A DNA stretch of 64,000 bases, counting the filler, from Globobulimina sp. (taxonomy: Eukaryota): assembly GCA_003354225.1 (NCBI GenBank). It is 9 parts of 9 records of this genome, joined end to end, with 100 filler letters (N's around TTAATTAATTAA, not from the genome) between each part and the next. Parts side by side here need not be neighbours in the genome. Positions count along the whole stretch, not along the records: positions 57,664 to 64,000 come from PIVH01000311.1; 8 more parts are not named here. One strand, written 5' to 3'. Shown here piece after piece: positions 63,815-64,000 of the stretch. A program made the position numbers and the translations under genes. Below the pieces are notes generated by a model. It had not been told where the DNA came from and searched no databases. It saw only the letters and a list, made by a program, of their open reading frames with translations. Within the stretch, counting starts at the first letter, position 1. Each line of letters starts with the position of its first letter.

Positions 63815-64000
63815 GGTTTACCAAGTTTTGTCTACACTTTTTTTTCAACCATGGCAAACATTTTTTTACTGATTTGTTTTTATTGCCTATTGTTCTACAT
63901 TGCCAAACCGCAATCTCCATCAATATATCGATTACCATCAACAATACATCCATTACAATATGATTTGACATTATTTCCTCATTTAAGCGACTTAGCTGCA

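Overview
AT-rich, gene-dense eukaryotic (protist) DNA with short GT-AG introns and the standard genetic code. Foraminiferan/rhizarian affinity is an impression only, not demonstrated. The window is not one locus: it is nine ~7.1 kb contigs (the first and last cut by the window), sorted by decreasing length and joined by an artificial 100-nt N44-TTAATTAATTAA-N44 linker, so neighbourhoods across linkers mean nothing. Recognisable genes include Rac- and Rab5-type GTPases, Clp1, TMEM144, an NDUFAF8-like twin-CX9C protein, an MFS transporter, a RING-TPR protein, a pseudokinase and a giant IPT/TIG-repeat protein. Two retroelements are present: a decayed Ty3/Gypsy copy with a putative short LTR and tRNA primer site, and a large uninterrupted APE-RT non-LTR element. 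The most striking candidate for a new system is a >2100-aa spliced gene (43283-49819). It fuses a SAM domain and two membrane-anchored dCache_1 amino-acid-sensor modules to a two-pore-channel (TPC)-like pore with EF-hands and a charge-poor S4, i.e. a possible Cache-gated cation channel. Also notable are a motor-less dynein stalk/microtubule-binding protein and an Orai-like 4-TM protein with a long C-terminal domain. All family assignments are by-eye motif recognition; no searches were run.
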